From: Fimbriosthenelais zetlandica
Taxonomy: Eukaryota
Direction: 5' to 3'
DNA length: 64,000 nt
Assembly (NCBI GenBank): GCA_977030845.1
Contig: OZ365109.1
Coordinates: 52,204,001 to 52,268,000 of the forward strand
Within the stretch, counting starts at the first letter, position 1. Each line of letters starts with the position of its first letter. Both the position numbers and the translations under genes were made by a program. The notes under the pieces were generated by a model. That model was not told the DNA's origin and made no database searches. It worked only from the letters and a program-made list of their open reading frames with translations. Shown here piece by piece: positions 39,216 to 53,200 of the stretch.

Positions 39216-40102
39216 GTAAGTTCTAGACAACCACCTGCTCCCTTGAATGATAGGTTGTTATTCCCCGTCCCATAAAGGATCAGATTTTCCTATTTCGCCA
39301 GTAATTTGGGATCCTCTCACAATACATTCTGACTAAAATATATTTGTTATCTGATTGTCAGCAATTTGGGGTCCTTTCCATCTGGCTGTCAGATAAAAAC
39401 GCATGGTCATGAAATTTCTCTTTACATTTTAGCTGTTTGGATGTAGCCTCGTATTACTTTTCCAATTAGCCTTGAACGAAGAATAAAATACCTCTAGATA
39501 CTGTACAGGTTGTATATTGATACAAGAGCTGATACTTTCTCCCATTCACTTGTAATGTTAGCCATCTGTGTTATTTGACAATTCCACCAACTGTTTCTGT
39601 ATATATTGACATACACACGTGCAAGTAGACCATCATTTATAGACCAGTCCTGGTTTCTCAGGCACCTGCTACTCAGTCTGTCTCCCATAAATATTGGGAC
39701 TGGGCTATATTAATATATTGTGCCCTATCTAATAAACCTAAATGAGTTCTCGTATGACATGAGATTTCATAGCTAGGTAAATGGGTCGTTAAATCGATGT
39801 ACAAAAAGGGACACGAGCCATATAAACCAGCCGGCCTTAATGCTGCTGCTATGTTGATGATTTATGTAGTTATACAAGTTACCATCGGTACAGCAGCTTA
39901 AAATATAACCATACATAATTGAAGGTTGTCGGCGTTATTGAATGAATTTCGGCTGTACTGAAATCAATTTTTGTGTTCGTAGAAGGCAATCATACGCAAA
40001 ACTTGAATCATCAAGGGTGTGAGCTGGCTTCACCCAATAATATGGCTCTATAAAAATTCTAACTAAAAAAAATATATATTATCTCGGACCCATAACCATG
40101 AG

Positions 40103-40221
40103 TTTCATTTTAATCCTGTATTTCTCCCTTGTATTAATTTATGTATTTTTCCCTTTTCAGGTAAGTGTTTGACGTTTCTCTGGTAAGGTTTCACATGTTT
40201 TTCCTATGTATGGAAAGCAAG
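40103..40221 (+). other. recursive splice site (ratchet point) 1, AG|GT at 40160/40161, with candidate RS-exon ends at 40182 and 40221
   Basis: About 56-nt AG-free pyrimidine-rich tract ending tttttcccttttCAG|GTAAGT; downstream donors ctg|gtaagg (40183) and aag|gtatgt (40222). Confidence 0.7.
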
Positions 40222-43200
40222 GTATGTAATATAATATTTATTATACCAATTATTTATTATCATTGCACCCTCCATACAAAACCTGATGTATCGATGACAT
40301 GCATGGTTCTACTAAATGTACATGCTGACAGTCGAAATACACTTGCATGCCACCTAGTGTTGTGGATTCGTACTAAGCTGCTTCACCCACAGTGCCTGAA
40401 GCAGTGCCTTCTTTCTGAGGTCTACTCATGTTTATATGTACAGTAGAATATATTTCAACCAAACATTTTTCTGATATTTTCTATGATTTAAGAAGTTTAT
40501 CAATGAGTCCCTTGTCGTAATTCATTACATGTATTCGCAATTCATTACATTGATTTGATTTGAGATAGTGGACTCAGAGAGGCACAAGAAGTACGGTTGA
40601 CTTGTCATATAACATTTAATATAACAAGTGATAAAGATGTGTGTTATGTTTGGAGCAGGGTGTTGTGGTAGGAGCAGGAGCAGGGGGAGTGGTTTATGTG
40701 TCTGGTGGAGAGAGAAGCACAGAAATCAGCTTCATTCATCAGGTGGAGGAGTGACGCTACGGGTGATAGGGAGGAAAGGTCAGAGAGGGACGTGGTGGGA
40801 AAGAATGGTTAGGGAGAGAGGGGAAAGGAAGAGAGGGAGAAGGGGGATGGGAGGGGGAGACAGGGTATGCAAGATGGGGTGAGAGAGGAGGATATACAGG
40901 GTGAAAATATTGATGCTTCTGATTAACAGGACATGTTAGTTATGGTATGGCGTGTAGGAAGGCTGGAAAGCAATTTTTGGCCTCACATTTCCGAACGCAA
41001 ACTCATAAAGACTTATTTTGTTGAAATAAGACAGAGAGAAGATCCCCCTGATTAAAAAATTTGAGGGAATGCTTGGACTTCTAAGATTCGCTCAGCCATT
41101 GAAGAAATAACCCAGGAATAGGAGAAACTGGTGAAAATGAGAAAGAAGGGAGAGACAATTGTATATAGAGAGGCAATGTGAAAGGCGTAGGCCTGAAGAC
41201 AGACCGCCTTGCATGGAGATAGAATAATTGACAAAGACTGGCAGTGCTAGAAGTGAGCAGTTCAGACGGGTTAAGAGTGGGTGAGATAAGGGAAGGAGTA
41301 TGGTGCCAAGATTGGGCTGTATAGACCAGAGGGGACCTGGATATGGATCTCTTATTGCCTTCCGGAGAATAACACAGGCTAGCGTCTCTGGTGCCACACT
41401 GTCTCTCTGTCTGCTGGCCAATGGGAGAAATGCAATTATCTCCTTTAGGCCTCTTCTACATTGTATGTAAATCGGTTGGAGTTGTTTTATGCTGCTTTTC
41501 TTTTCCTCACACTGGGCATAAATGGATTGTCCTCCGATACATATCAGGTAATAAATCCACTTTCATTTGCACATACCTGATAAAAAGTGATTTGTTTATG
41601 ATTATGGTTTCCCAACTCATATAAACTGGAATGTATTTGATATGATATATTTTACCCAAGAAAATAATACACGAGTTGTATGGCAATACTGGGCTTTGTC
41701 TCTTATTGGATCAACAGGATGTTTTCCCCTAATAACATCTGTATCGTTATAATATTTTATGGTCCATATTCATTTTGCATTTAGATATATATGAATATGC
41801 ATGAAGCCTTGTAAATACCCCTGTTCCATATTATACATTGCTAATTATTCTTTGAATACACTGTGCAGCACTTCTACCAGTAGACCCTCCCCACTGGTCC
41901 CTATGGTACCGTTAGCCTCAGCTCCCACACTGCAATTTTCCCTGCAAAAAAGTGTGGTCGATTTATTCGAGGGGGCATGGTGCCATTGATTTTCATTAAC
42001 TTGATACGGGAGAAGGGGAAAAACCATGGCCACCCATGGGTGTATGTATATGACACTGTCATTTATTGGCGGAATAAATCTCCACTGAACTCCATATAGC
42101 CATCCTGAGCAGTGGCCTGATTTTCTATGTCATATACATGTACATGCATAATCTTAAGTGTTCAACGTTACTTCTCTGTGAATTTCCACCTGTAGAATCG
42201 TGGCTGAATCCAGTTAAACCTTGGTATAATTTTCCACCTTCCTCTCTCGTCCAAGAAGATAATAGCAAAAGCTCCCGGGTGATTAACCCACAATTGGTGA
42301 TCTGGAACTACCATCTAACTAAAACCTTGTCATCAAATTGAAATCCATTTCCGCCCGTCATTCATATCAGGATTCATTTCCACCGCACTCTATCCAATCC
42401 CACACAACCATCTCTTTTTTGTCTTTTTCAAATCCTGATCGATTTCCTCGAGATTCCTCCACTAGTTCCTGACTTGTTCCTCTACCTCCATCCCTCCTCA
42501 TTATTTAGGTTGATACCAAGAGATGGACATTCAGATAGGTCTGATCCATGTGAATAATTTATTGGTGATTATTGAAATTTTAAATTTGCTCTGAAGCAAT
42601 TTAAGTATCTGTAGAGCAAAGATCCATCGGGAATAATAGCAATCTTCTATTTACTGCTGCATCAAACCAAAAGTGGAAAATAACACGGTCATAAAATACC
42701 AAGTATGGCTAATAAAACAGGGCCTTTCTGAATGTTAAGAGACAGATATGAACACATTGATCATTTCTATGACAGGGAGTTTGTGTTTGCCTTTCATAAG
42801 GGTATCAGACTTCCACCCCAGCTTATTGAATCACTCAAGCCATTTGTTCCCTTGACTCGCTCGGCTTTGTGCTTAAAAAGCCAGATTTCATTGGGTTACA
42901 TTGATTCATTTTGAAACGCCATCCCGGATTATTGGATTCTGGACTCGGACGAGCACATCAGAGGAAGCAAGGTAATACATTGTGCTTTAACCAGTGGTTC
43001 AAAAGATGCTGTAGGCCTACATAATATTGAGGGATCATTGCTACAGTGCTCCAGACCTGACAGCAGGCCATTGCAGGGTATCTTTCGAAAAAAATTCGTA
43101 GTTGGAATAAAAGAATTTGAATGAACAAAAAATACCGAGCTGGAAGGAAGGTGAGCCCAAGCACCGTCTCATCTCTCACTGGAATCTATCCTCCTGTCCT

Positions 43201-46049
43201 TCTTAAAATTACGAAACACTGTAGTCTATATAGGAAAAAAATTATCAAAATAATCTGGTATGGCTTACATTTAAAGTCTGTCCATGTGTATTAATCCCAC
43301 AATTTACTCCCATTATCCGATATAAATTTGACAGTTAATTACGTGCGTTATTCGTTTCATGCTACATGAAGTCTTATTAAATCAGTGACTAAAGATTCCC
43401 CAATAAAAAGATGAAATATGGCCTCATTGACTTCAAATTCTGTCTGGCACATCTGCCATCAGTTATTAATGTGCATGATAATTATAATGGCATCGGCAGA
43501 CCTATACCTAATATATACTGTAAGCCGCCCCTCCACCCCCACATTTTACCAAGTTGATATATATATTTCAGTATAATTCCAGACTCTACCAGGATTTTAG
43601 AATTAGTATATTTAGAATGGTGTTCAATTAAAACTTTCAAATGAAACACGTTAGTCCATACAGAAATGTAATAGTTGACTTCCACCCAAGAGGATGTGCT
43701 CCCATTGTCCAGGAAGGGTAAAGATGTCAGGGAAGGGCACAAACTACATTTACCAATTAATCAGTTGCCTGGACTGGGAAGATTCTGGAACTGGTGGTTC
43801 TTTCATTACGCAGAATATTGTGACAGATAAGACATGGGGATGAGGACCATCTGGATGTCTAAGAACCGATATTAATCATTTTGATAAGTATAAATGACTG
43901 ATTTATGAGAGCTTGGATTTTTTTTGAGGATCAGTTCTTTACTCAGATGGCCACTAATGAGGCATATCTGTCTAGCTCTGCGTCTACTTTATAAAAATAT
44001 TAAATTGATTACAGAGTATTACATGTCTTCATTACGCCCATGTTATATTCATAAGGACAGTTATGGAGAAGATAAAACTTTAATGAAACAGGATCACCTA
44101 TAGCGTTATAGCGATACCGTGATCCATCTTTACTTTGTTTTTCCCTTTCCGTATTGTTGATGACAGTGAAGCTTAATACCTTACTGAGATTATATTTACA
44201 GCTACAGGGCCCCCTTGATTCATATTCTACATAAATTGTGCATCTAATTAAAATGCCATTGTCCATCTCCACCCAGTGCTCATAACTGGGATATCAAAGG
44301 AGCCATGTCTGCCACTGCCTATAGTTACTGTCTATGGTAAAAGACATGTTAAGAACCGTTATTCCGTAGGACAAGTTTTAGGAGTTTGAATCTCGCCTTA
44401 AATAAACCGCCTGGGAAGAATAAAAACTATTTAGAAATGGCCACAAACTTTTAGTCATGATGGAAGGTGGCTGTCGGGCTTCAAGTCTTAAGCAGGTCCA
44501 TTCATTCTCTGAGGGTCAAACCTGATAACCTTAGTGCTTAAAATCCTCATTTTTGTAGCCTTTGATGTTTTAAATTACTCTTATTTAGGGCCGGGCAGAC
44601 GGAAAAGTGCACTCTAAAGGGCCAGCTTGGACAAGCTGAGAAACAACATTTGAATTTAATCTTTAATTCAACAATCAATTAATAAGAAATGCAGTCTACT
44701 TAGGTGCTTCCTGCATACAGATTCAGTTTTCTGTTCATTTTGAAATTTTTAATTGAAACTAGGCTGAATTTTGTTAATTGAAAGTGATCTATTTGGATCG
44801 ATTGACGGCGATCTGAGTTAATTGCTTGTTTTAAATTGAATTAAAATATCGTATTAGTTTGATTTTAGGTTCTGGCAATATCTTATTTGGTGGGACTATA
44901 TTCTCGTGGTGTGGGTCTCAGCTGGACGCAGCAGACCAGCAATGATCGAGGGACATTAAAGAAAAATTGGATCCAATTACTCAGTGACCTTATATCTTCC
45001 CCAGACCTAGTATACTGATATCGCCTCATGTAAAAGTTTGACTTATATCTATTAACCGATTTCTTAGAGAGACAACTCCTCTAAATTATGTAGAATATTG
45101 GTCGTACAGACATCATTATGGATGTGCCGTATGATAGAAAAGGTCAAATCTATAAGATGTAATGTAGCTGAAGGTCTGCCCCATATTGCCTCACCGAATG
45201 GCCGGGAATAGGCACGCCTAGGACATAGCCAATATATTATTTCTGCCTGCCCACAGTGCCAGAGATAAATTGAATTTCCTATACCCCCGACACACCTAAA
45301 TCATTCAGAATCTTCTTGAACATCTCAACTTCAAAATCCTACTTTTATGAAAGTTGAGGAACCATTTTTATCATTTCCATAGGAAATCATTATCGTAATA
45401 TCTCAGGTTACCCCAGCTTCACATTTGCACTACTGAAAAAGCCAAGATTGCATCTGGCGTCTCCCTATATTTAGTTTAATTGGCTCCATCCATATAAAGT
45501 GAGAGTTTGGACTGAATCCCTCCCAGTATGGGATAAATGGGGAGATGTGATAAAAAGGTAGGTAGAAAGTGAATGATTGGGGCGCCAGCTGTGTGTCTGA
45601 GAGATCCCCCGGTTTACCTAGGTCTGATGAATGCTTTATATCAGCCCAATCACTTCTGCGTCTACTTGGCCTGCTTAGATGCTAAATCTTGGAAGGTAAA
45701 ACGCAGTGAAAAGTTATCCTGAGTATCAGGGGGCAGGAAGTGTCTAATTTGTTCATTCAGACTGCCAGTGAATGAGCTTACTTGTTACTTCTTCCTGTGT
45801 ATTGTAATAGGGTAAATTCACCTGCATGAACCCTAATCGAAAGGAAATATATTTCTCATGAAAATATAATGTCTCTATATTCATGTGTGGACACAATACT
45901 AATTGAATTTTCCATATCTTCTACGATAAACTCTGGAATTCATGATCTCTGAATATATTGCTTGCCATTTCATATAAAGTCTGAGCTTATTCAAGTCTTG
46001 ATTAGACTCATCATATTATTTTGGTCTTGAATTTGATATCCCATTTCGA

Positions 46050-47210
46050 AAGATACAGTTACTTGTGATAAATTGGATCGGATAACCATTGATGGACATA
46101 AAACCAGTGATGTGCCACAATATTGGAGGAAGTAAGAGACCATGCATGGGTAGACTTGGGTGATGAGGAATTCATGATTGAATCACCATGTCCTGCCCAT
46201 GTCTGGCTGAAGCTTCCGATAGGAGTCAGTCTGGACTCTCGGGGTCAGGTAGGGTCATTGCCTGGGATAAGGACCCCTTGTCTTGTACTACTAGTGCCCG
46301 CCCATACAACAAGCCCTTCCTCCAGTGGTATAGAAATTTGCCTGCTGCTACCAGACTCCAATGCTGCTCCACAATGCGGCAAGCCCAGCTGAGATATCGA
46401 GGCTTGGTGGCCAAGTGACAGCTCTATTACTGCCCACCCGCTTTATACCCCAGCCAGGCGATCTAACAACAAGGGGGTTCCCACCATCAAAAGCATTGCT
46501 GTTTCCTCACCCAGCACCCTGCGCACACTCACCATGGAGGAGGGGAACATGGGAGGAGGAGGCCGAGGAGATAGAGTGGGGATAGTGTCAGGCTAAGGAC
46601 AACAAGTTACTGGGACTTTGCTATAGCGGTAGAAGCAGAAGCAGCAGATAAGTCCTCCTTGAATGTTAGGCTTTGGAATTGGAAGTTTAATTTGTATTGT
46701 CACTCCCCTGCCTTGCTGCATTACTCCGCCTATTCATCAGGAAGGCAGTTAAGGGAAAGCGGAGGACCTGAAAGTTTATTCCTGCTCTCTGGAGGATGGG
46801 GCAAAGACAGCTGGTGTACATTAGGATCTGAAGTGCATGGTATACACTTGGCTTTATGGCTGAGTGTCCTGGAGGTACGGGAGGAAGAGGTGGTGTACAG
46901 TGTGCGGCTCCATCAATGAGTCGACCCTGAGGGTAGAACATCTAGAAGAGGCATGAGTATCTACATGTGTGGCAGCTATTATTGTCAGGCTCACACCGGC
47001 TGGGTATCTTGAAGGATATTACATTAAAACATCAGTGGCAGATATGCTCTTAGGTGGCCACCAGGAATCCAATGGTTGTGAAAGAAGAATCCCAGACGAT
47101 GGCTATCGTCTCCCAGGATGTCCACGATGTGCTGGTCACTGCTTGGCTCCACAGCCAGTTCAATTTCGGCAGAAAAAGGCAAGACTATTTAACTGCAACA
47201 TTACATAGGC
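46050..47210. other. GC-elevated island with broken reading frames (possible decayed TE or pseudogene relic)
   Basis: Visibly higher GC than the flanks; overlapping 60-90 aa ORFs in several frames interrupted by stops; no motif recognised. Confidence 0.3.
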
Positions 47211-50200
47211 CTAATTTCGATTTGCCTTGAGGCTTGATAAGATGTAGCCATCCCTTAATCTATATTCATATTTTTCTTCAAATTTTTACTATCAAGACCA
47301 TGACATTTAAACCTAGTAAACCTGAAACTATCAATGAAATCATTGATAATAAGCTTGTTCTATTTTTTATCTTTCATCCCTGAATAATTCATTCTTACTC
47401 TGATTGCATATCCATGAAATGATCTGAGATGATACGGATACCTCATATACGAGTCGTATAATACAAATCTCATCTAGCACTCAATCACTTTCTGTTATGC
47501 CCAGAAAGTAACTCGGATAAAGCCTGCTTTAAGTATTTAACTGATATTTACATCATGTTTTCAAAGCAAGGGAGCTCAGTTTATGTATAGGTTACAGTGG
47601 CATTATTTGCCTTTTAGTTTCATATCTGATCATAATGTGTGCTAGGAATCTTTCATCTCGCTCACATTTTAGATTCCATTTGACACTCGTGCAGGAACGT
47701 GGCTTGTCCAAGTTGCAGGACCTTTGTTATCTGAGAGGGCAAGGCACGAAAGATCGCTGGAAAATCAGGATGGAAAAAGATTTTACGAGTCAAAGCGGGG
47801 TTGTATTGCTTCAGAAATAGACACGAAGCATTCTCATTAAGCTGAGTGGCTTGAATCAGGGCCTGGGAGAGAATGTTGACAAAAGGAGATATCATTTGAG
47901 TGGCATTACTCTCATTTCTACTCAAGTACTTTGTGTCACCTTTTAATTTAAGTCTTTTTTACCCCTGATTAATTCCAGACTATTATTTATAGACCTCATT
48001 TAGTTAAAATGTGGAGCTTTTTATAGATGATGATGGTTCTATAGTGCTCACAATGTTCTCTTTTACCTCCTCTCTGACCTTTTTCGTTTGTTGGAATGGT
48101 CAATAAATCTGATTTAGGGTTGTGCCCTTGAAAGAAGCAATTCTCTGCCTTTTACAGTTCATCGTCTAGGGCCCTAGGTTCCGTAATTGAGCTATTTCAA
48201 GATCTTAGATCCTGAAGGCTTCAGGGATTCCAGGTCATAGATGCTTTCTTGATCTTTACAATTTTATTTCAATGATTGGCATTTCTGGATGACCTTGGCG
48301 ATTGTCCTTTTGTCCGATTGTGTATTCCAGATTACATCATTGCAATGTCTCGGTCACAAGAAAGATAATTTCTGTTCACCTATTTTTCACTGTTATATAT
48401 ACTGTACGAAAGAAACATGACAGAAAATCAAGATTAGAACAGGCTCACCCCATTTGTTTGAAAAAGGGATATAGATCCATTCAGGGCCGGTCCCTCTGTG
48501 GCCGTCATAGTGTCAACAACATTCGGATTTCATACACATAAGCCAATAGATAAATCACAAAGATGTCAAAACCTTCCTAGAAGTCAATATAGATTTACTT
48601 TGCCAACTCCTGTTGTCTTCGAGCTACAAGCTTGTTTCCAATTTAGATGAGTTGCTCCTATTTTGGATGCGTTTAATGGTATAAATGGATTTAATATTGG
48701 TAGATTAACTGCTTTAGCCTTTAGACTCCTGATATCAAGATTCACCGAATTTACTCTGTCCAAATACCGATAAACATACAATAAAAAATACAGAAATATT
48801 TACAGTGTATCTGAGGTCAAATTGCATGTCAAGACCGTTCCGTCAGTTCATTTACCTCATTCTATATTTTCTGTTATTAATGCCTTTTGTATTATACATC
48901 TCTCTCATGGCGCCTGATATATTGGCCCGGCGTGGACTCAATAAAGCGGAGAAAAGGCTCAATAATATGGCTGATGGTGGATGGAGGATGGAGAAACAAG
49001 TGATCTGAAAGATAGATGTGGGACTGAGGATCAGAAATGTCTGAAATATTTGATTGATGTCACTTAAGGGGAGACTTGGTTGGCTGCAAAACTGAGGCGT
49101 TGCTATTCAGGCGCACTGATAATGTATCCTATTATGTGAGGGTATTGGCAAACCACAGTCATGCTTGATGTTTGGGTGAATCCTTGTGGAAATGGGAATA
49201 ATGTAATAACTGTTATTGTCAGAAGGTCACATAGTTGTCCATGTGAAACACATTTCACATTGAGTTCAAATACAGTAAATTCCAATGCAAATAGTACGCT
49301 GCTTTTCTATCGACATTTTGATGAGGAATTAATTAATTGCTCTTACTTGTTCAGTCTTTTATATCAATATTGGGATAAAAGATTTATTTCAATAGTTTGT
49401 TTAATCAGAACCAAACATTTGGGAGAATTTGAAAATAGTAAGAGCCGGTATCTTCTCTCCACAGGCCTCTAGAATTCAATCTCGACCCTTAAAAAGTCAT
49501 CAGGACATGTCCAATCCCATCACCAATATTCATTTTCCATGGTCGTTGCACTTGTCTGTGCAATTGATACAAGATCTAATTTGCCAGGATAGAGCAGCAC
49601 AATTTCAATCAGATTCAGCAAATAAATGGTATAAAATAGGACTTGGAGCTGGTCATCTGTACAATGGATATGTTTGTGGATGTGGACACAGAAGGATTCC
49701 ACCAGTCCTGCACACACACTCTGACACAGACTGTCCACACAGTGATGTATTACATCCCACAGTCTCCCCTGAGGACGTCTATAGTTGACTTTGTTTTCTC
49801 CGCTCTTCCCCCTCTTCTCCTGTATTGAGGTAATTTCCTACATATCCTCTAAGCAAATGCCTGGTATATAGATCCCGGAGCCATGCCCAGCCCCTGCCTT
49901 ACTCTATTGCCATTTGTCTAGGAACTAAAGAAGTCTTGATGCAAATGCCGTATATTCATCTATGTCTATATATCATTCTATGATCTCAGTCTCCGAACAA
50001 TGAATCTATTTCTTTGGAAATATATTTGTCAATTTCTGAAGTGAACAGCCGTCTTTAGTAGGCCTAGATACAGATTCGCCTTTAGTTGTCATGATCACTT
50101 GACTGCTTACTCACTGCCTTCATGTGTCTTTATTCCAGGTTAAAAAATAAATTGCGTATTAAGAATTGTTTCAACTATTGTTCATGTATTAAGCCATCAT

Positions 50201-53200
50201 TGTATTACATTATAATACTGACAGTATTTTCTCTTTATATAAAGTTATACAATATTAGATTATGATATTCCTTTTAGTATATTATGGTACATTATACAGA
50301 ACCGGTCTATGCAGCCATATGCTGTCAATGTATTGTTATTCCACCTGGTCGAAGTTGCTCTAAGATGGAGTAGCTGTTGGAGCCATTTCTCCATATCCTT
50401 TACCCAGCACCAGTCTCATGACCATAAAAACACGTAGTAATGGCTATCTAGGGATGTCTCTCCCCACATTGACCTTCATACAAAGCGTATTCCCACTTCC
50501 CAAATTCTGCACATAACCAGTAGTTTATCAAGTAGGTATACGATGGAGCCCAGGCAACATACCCTAGAGTGCTTTGAGGCCCTCGCCATTATGCATTTAA
50601 CAGGGGGAACACCATTTAAAGTCCTTTGGTGTTAGTCCAGACTTGGCACTCTCTCTGTATACTTGTCGCTCATGTTTAAGTAGCTCATTGTTCTGCTTTT
50701 GAACACGCTGTTCTTGAGTTTCACAAGCTACAGCTACATGGTTGTTATTCCCGTACATTCCTAGAATTCCTGTATCATCTTTGAGATGCTGTTGCATACC
50801 AAACATCTGTGGTGAGGTTGACAAAAATTGTCGCACATCCATATTTATGTTTTATTATTCCAAGACATCCAAAATATTTCCTTGATGCAATAAAACACGA
50901 TGTCTTATGATGCACTATTCAAAGAGGTTTCATCCATTTGTAACTCTCCAGACAGTTTCCAAGCGTCTGCTAGGCAGGACCCAGTGGCTGTGTTTTGTTC
51001 CAGGCAGAAATGGTAAAAAGGTTAAGGTGTATAGCTTTCATAGCTTCCTATATAATATGCCCATCAGTTGCCTTTACACCATTGATTCTGTTCCCCTTTC
51101 ATCGTGGATTAGGGTGATAAATTGGAAAAGACGCCATTTAAAATGGAAGAGCTCCTCTTTATACCAGTTTTAGCCTTGATAGGCTCTTTTAAGTTTAACG
51201 CATTTTGAATTCATTTGAGTTCAGTATGACAAAAAATCTATGTAATTGTTTTGTTGATTTACAACTTAATGGAGGGACAATAAAATATTACAGGTGATTA
51301 TATCTACATTAGATTATGCTGAATAAATGTATCATGGAAAGGCCTGGAGAACACATTGCCAGCTTTATGTTTTCTCATAATATATAATGTAGGTTATAAG
51401 CATTATTTCCTCCAGGCAATCTCCCATTATCTGACGTAATTTTACATGCTAGTACATATGACGAGTTGTCATTCCTGTTTGTTTGTCTCCATCCAATCCA
51501 ACTCGGCTATAGCATTCATATGTTTCACCATCGCCTTCCCTGAATACAAACCATCTGAGAAATTTGTTCTTAAATCTTTGGTAATGATCATAAGAAAAGC
51601 TACCATGACATTAATGTTCATGTAATCAGGTGATTTCAGAGAAATAATTCAGGGCTCAGCATGACACCCTGCAATTCCCTGGATCCCACCTTTTTAATAT
51701 CCTTTTAATAATTTCAATTTTCCTGTAAGGTCTTTTCATGATATTTCAATTTTTGTTTTATCCTAGAAAATTAATTGAAAATCACAAATAATGTTTGCCT
51801 TTCGTGTGAAATTGTTGGTACGATTTTAGTGAAACTGTTGGAAGGCTGGCTAGGGATGGGTTTCAGGTCTGGCCAGACCTCCATGGTGTGTTAGATATGA
51901 TAGGGTGGGATGAGAGGAGGCTGTGGGTGGGGGTCTAAGGTTATAGGGTGACAGCCGGGGTGTTAGAGGATCTGGCCAGTACCAGGCTGACCCTCATAAG
52001 CATCTCGGAGTCTGAGGGGTTACTCTTGGCTTTTCCTTGGGGCTGCTTCAACTACAGAACATCTCAGTCAGGTCTTGTCAGGAAGAATTGGGTAAAATGG
52101 ACCAGCTTTTGTCAAGACAGACCATTGCTCCTGATCAAAGGCCATGTAAGACCTGGTCAATAAATTGCCTTCCTATAATCACACGAACATTGCCATTTGT
52201 AAGTTTCGTGAGGAAAAAATGGAGATCCATGGGAGAAAATGCATGGATGATATAGGCTAAAAATAAATTCATCTATTTGTCATAATAGCTCGTTGATGTC
52301 CAAATTTCAAGTTGTGCAAACGTGAAAAGAACTACGATACCTCAATTCAATGTAACATCATACCCGGGGGACTCAGACTGCTGTCTGGTTTCCAAAATTC
52401 CTTTGGAAGACCTTAGCTCACTTTTAGAATTGAAGCTACACTTTCTACTCTTACATTCCCCTCAGGTGAAGGCTGGATAGAGATTAAACAATATATGCCT
52501 GAGTGTTTTGTCCTGAGGAAAGGACCTGTCGTTCCTTTTTTGCCTGTTCTTTCGTCCCTTAACTTTGTTGCTTTTAGGCAAAGCATTTGCCATTGAAAAG
52601 CCATTAGTTCGTATATAGAGCCAGACTTTCTCGTCTCGAATTACATCGCTCGGGGGATGCATCTTCTTAGTGACCTATGATCCAGACAAGGAATCTCCTT
52701 GTGTCCCTGACTCTCAAACTTTATTGATAGTTTTTTCTTCGGTATTCAGAAGCAATAATAGAACAATAGGTTGAGTACCCCCTCATTGCTCTCTTAGTTC
52801 TCTTCCCTCCTTTACCGTTATTCTCTCACCTCCACAACTTCCATTGAGTGCCAAGGGTTGAAGCTGGATCTGAGGCCACCACTCCTTGTCGCCCACATGA
52901 GATTCCAAGCTCAGAGATGCCATCTCTGAGCACCCACTTGTTTGTGTGGCTCAATGGGGCGTCGAAAAAAAGTATTTAAAAAATGTGTATACAGAGGACA
53001 GGGGTAAATGGAAGGACAACCCTCATGTAGGAGTCTGAGGGACACACCCCCTTGGTTTATCATTATACCCTGACTCAACTACTGATGGTGTAATGTCCAC
53101 ATATCATATACAGGCTGATTATTCGGGAAAGGCTCCAAACTACATTGTCCAACAACATAGGTTGGTAGCACTTCATGTGCAAATCATATGTGGATGCTGG

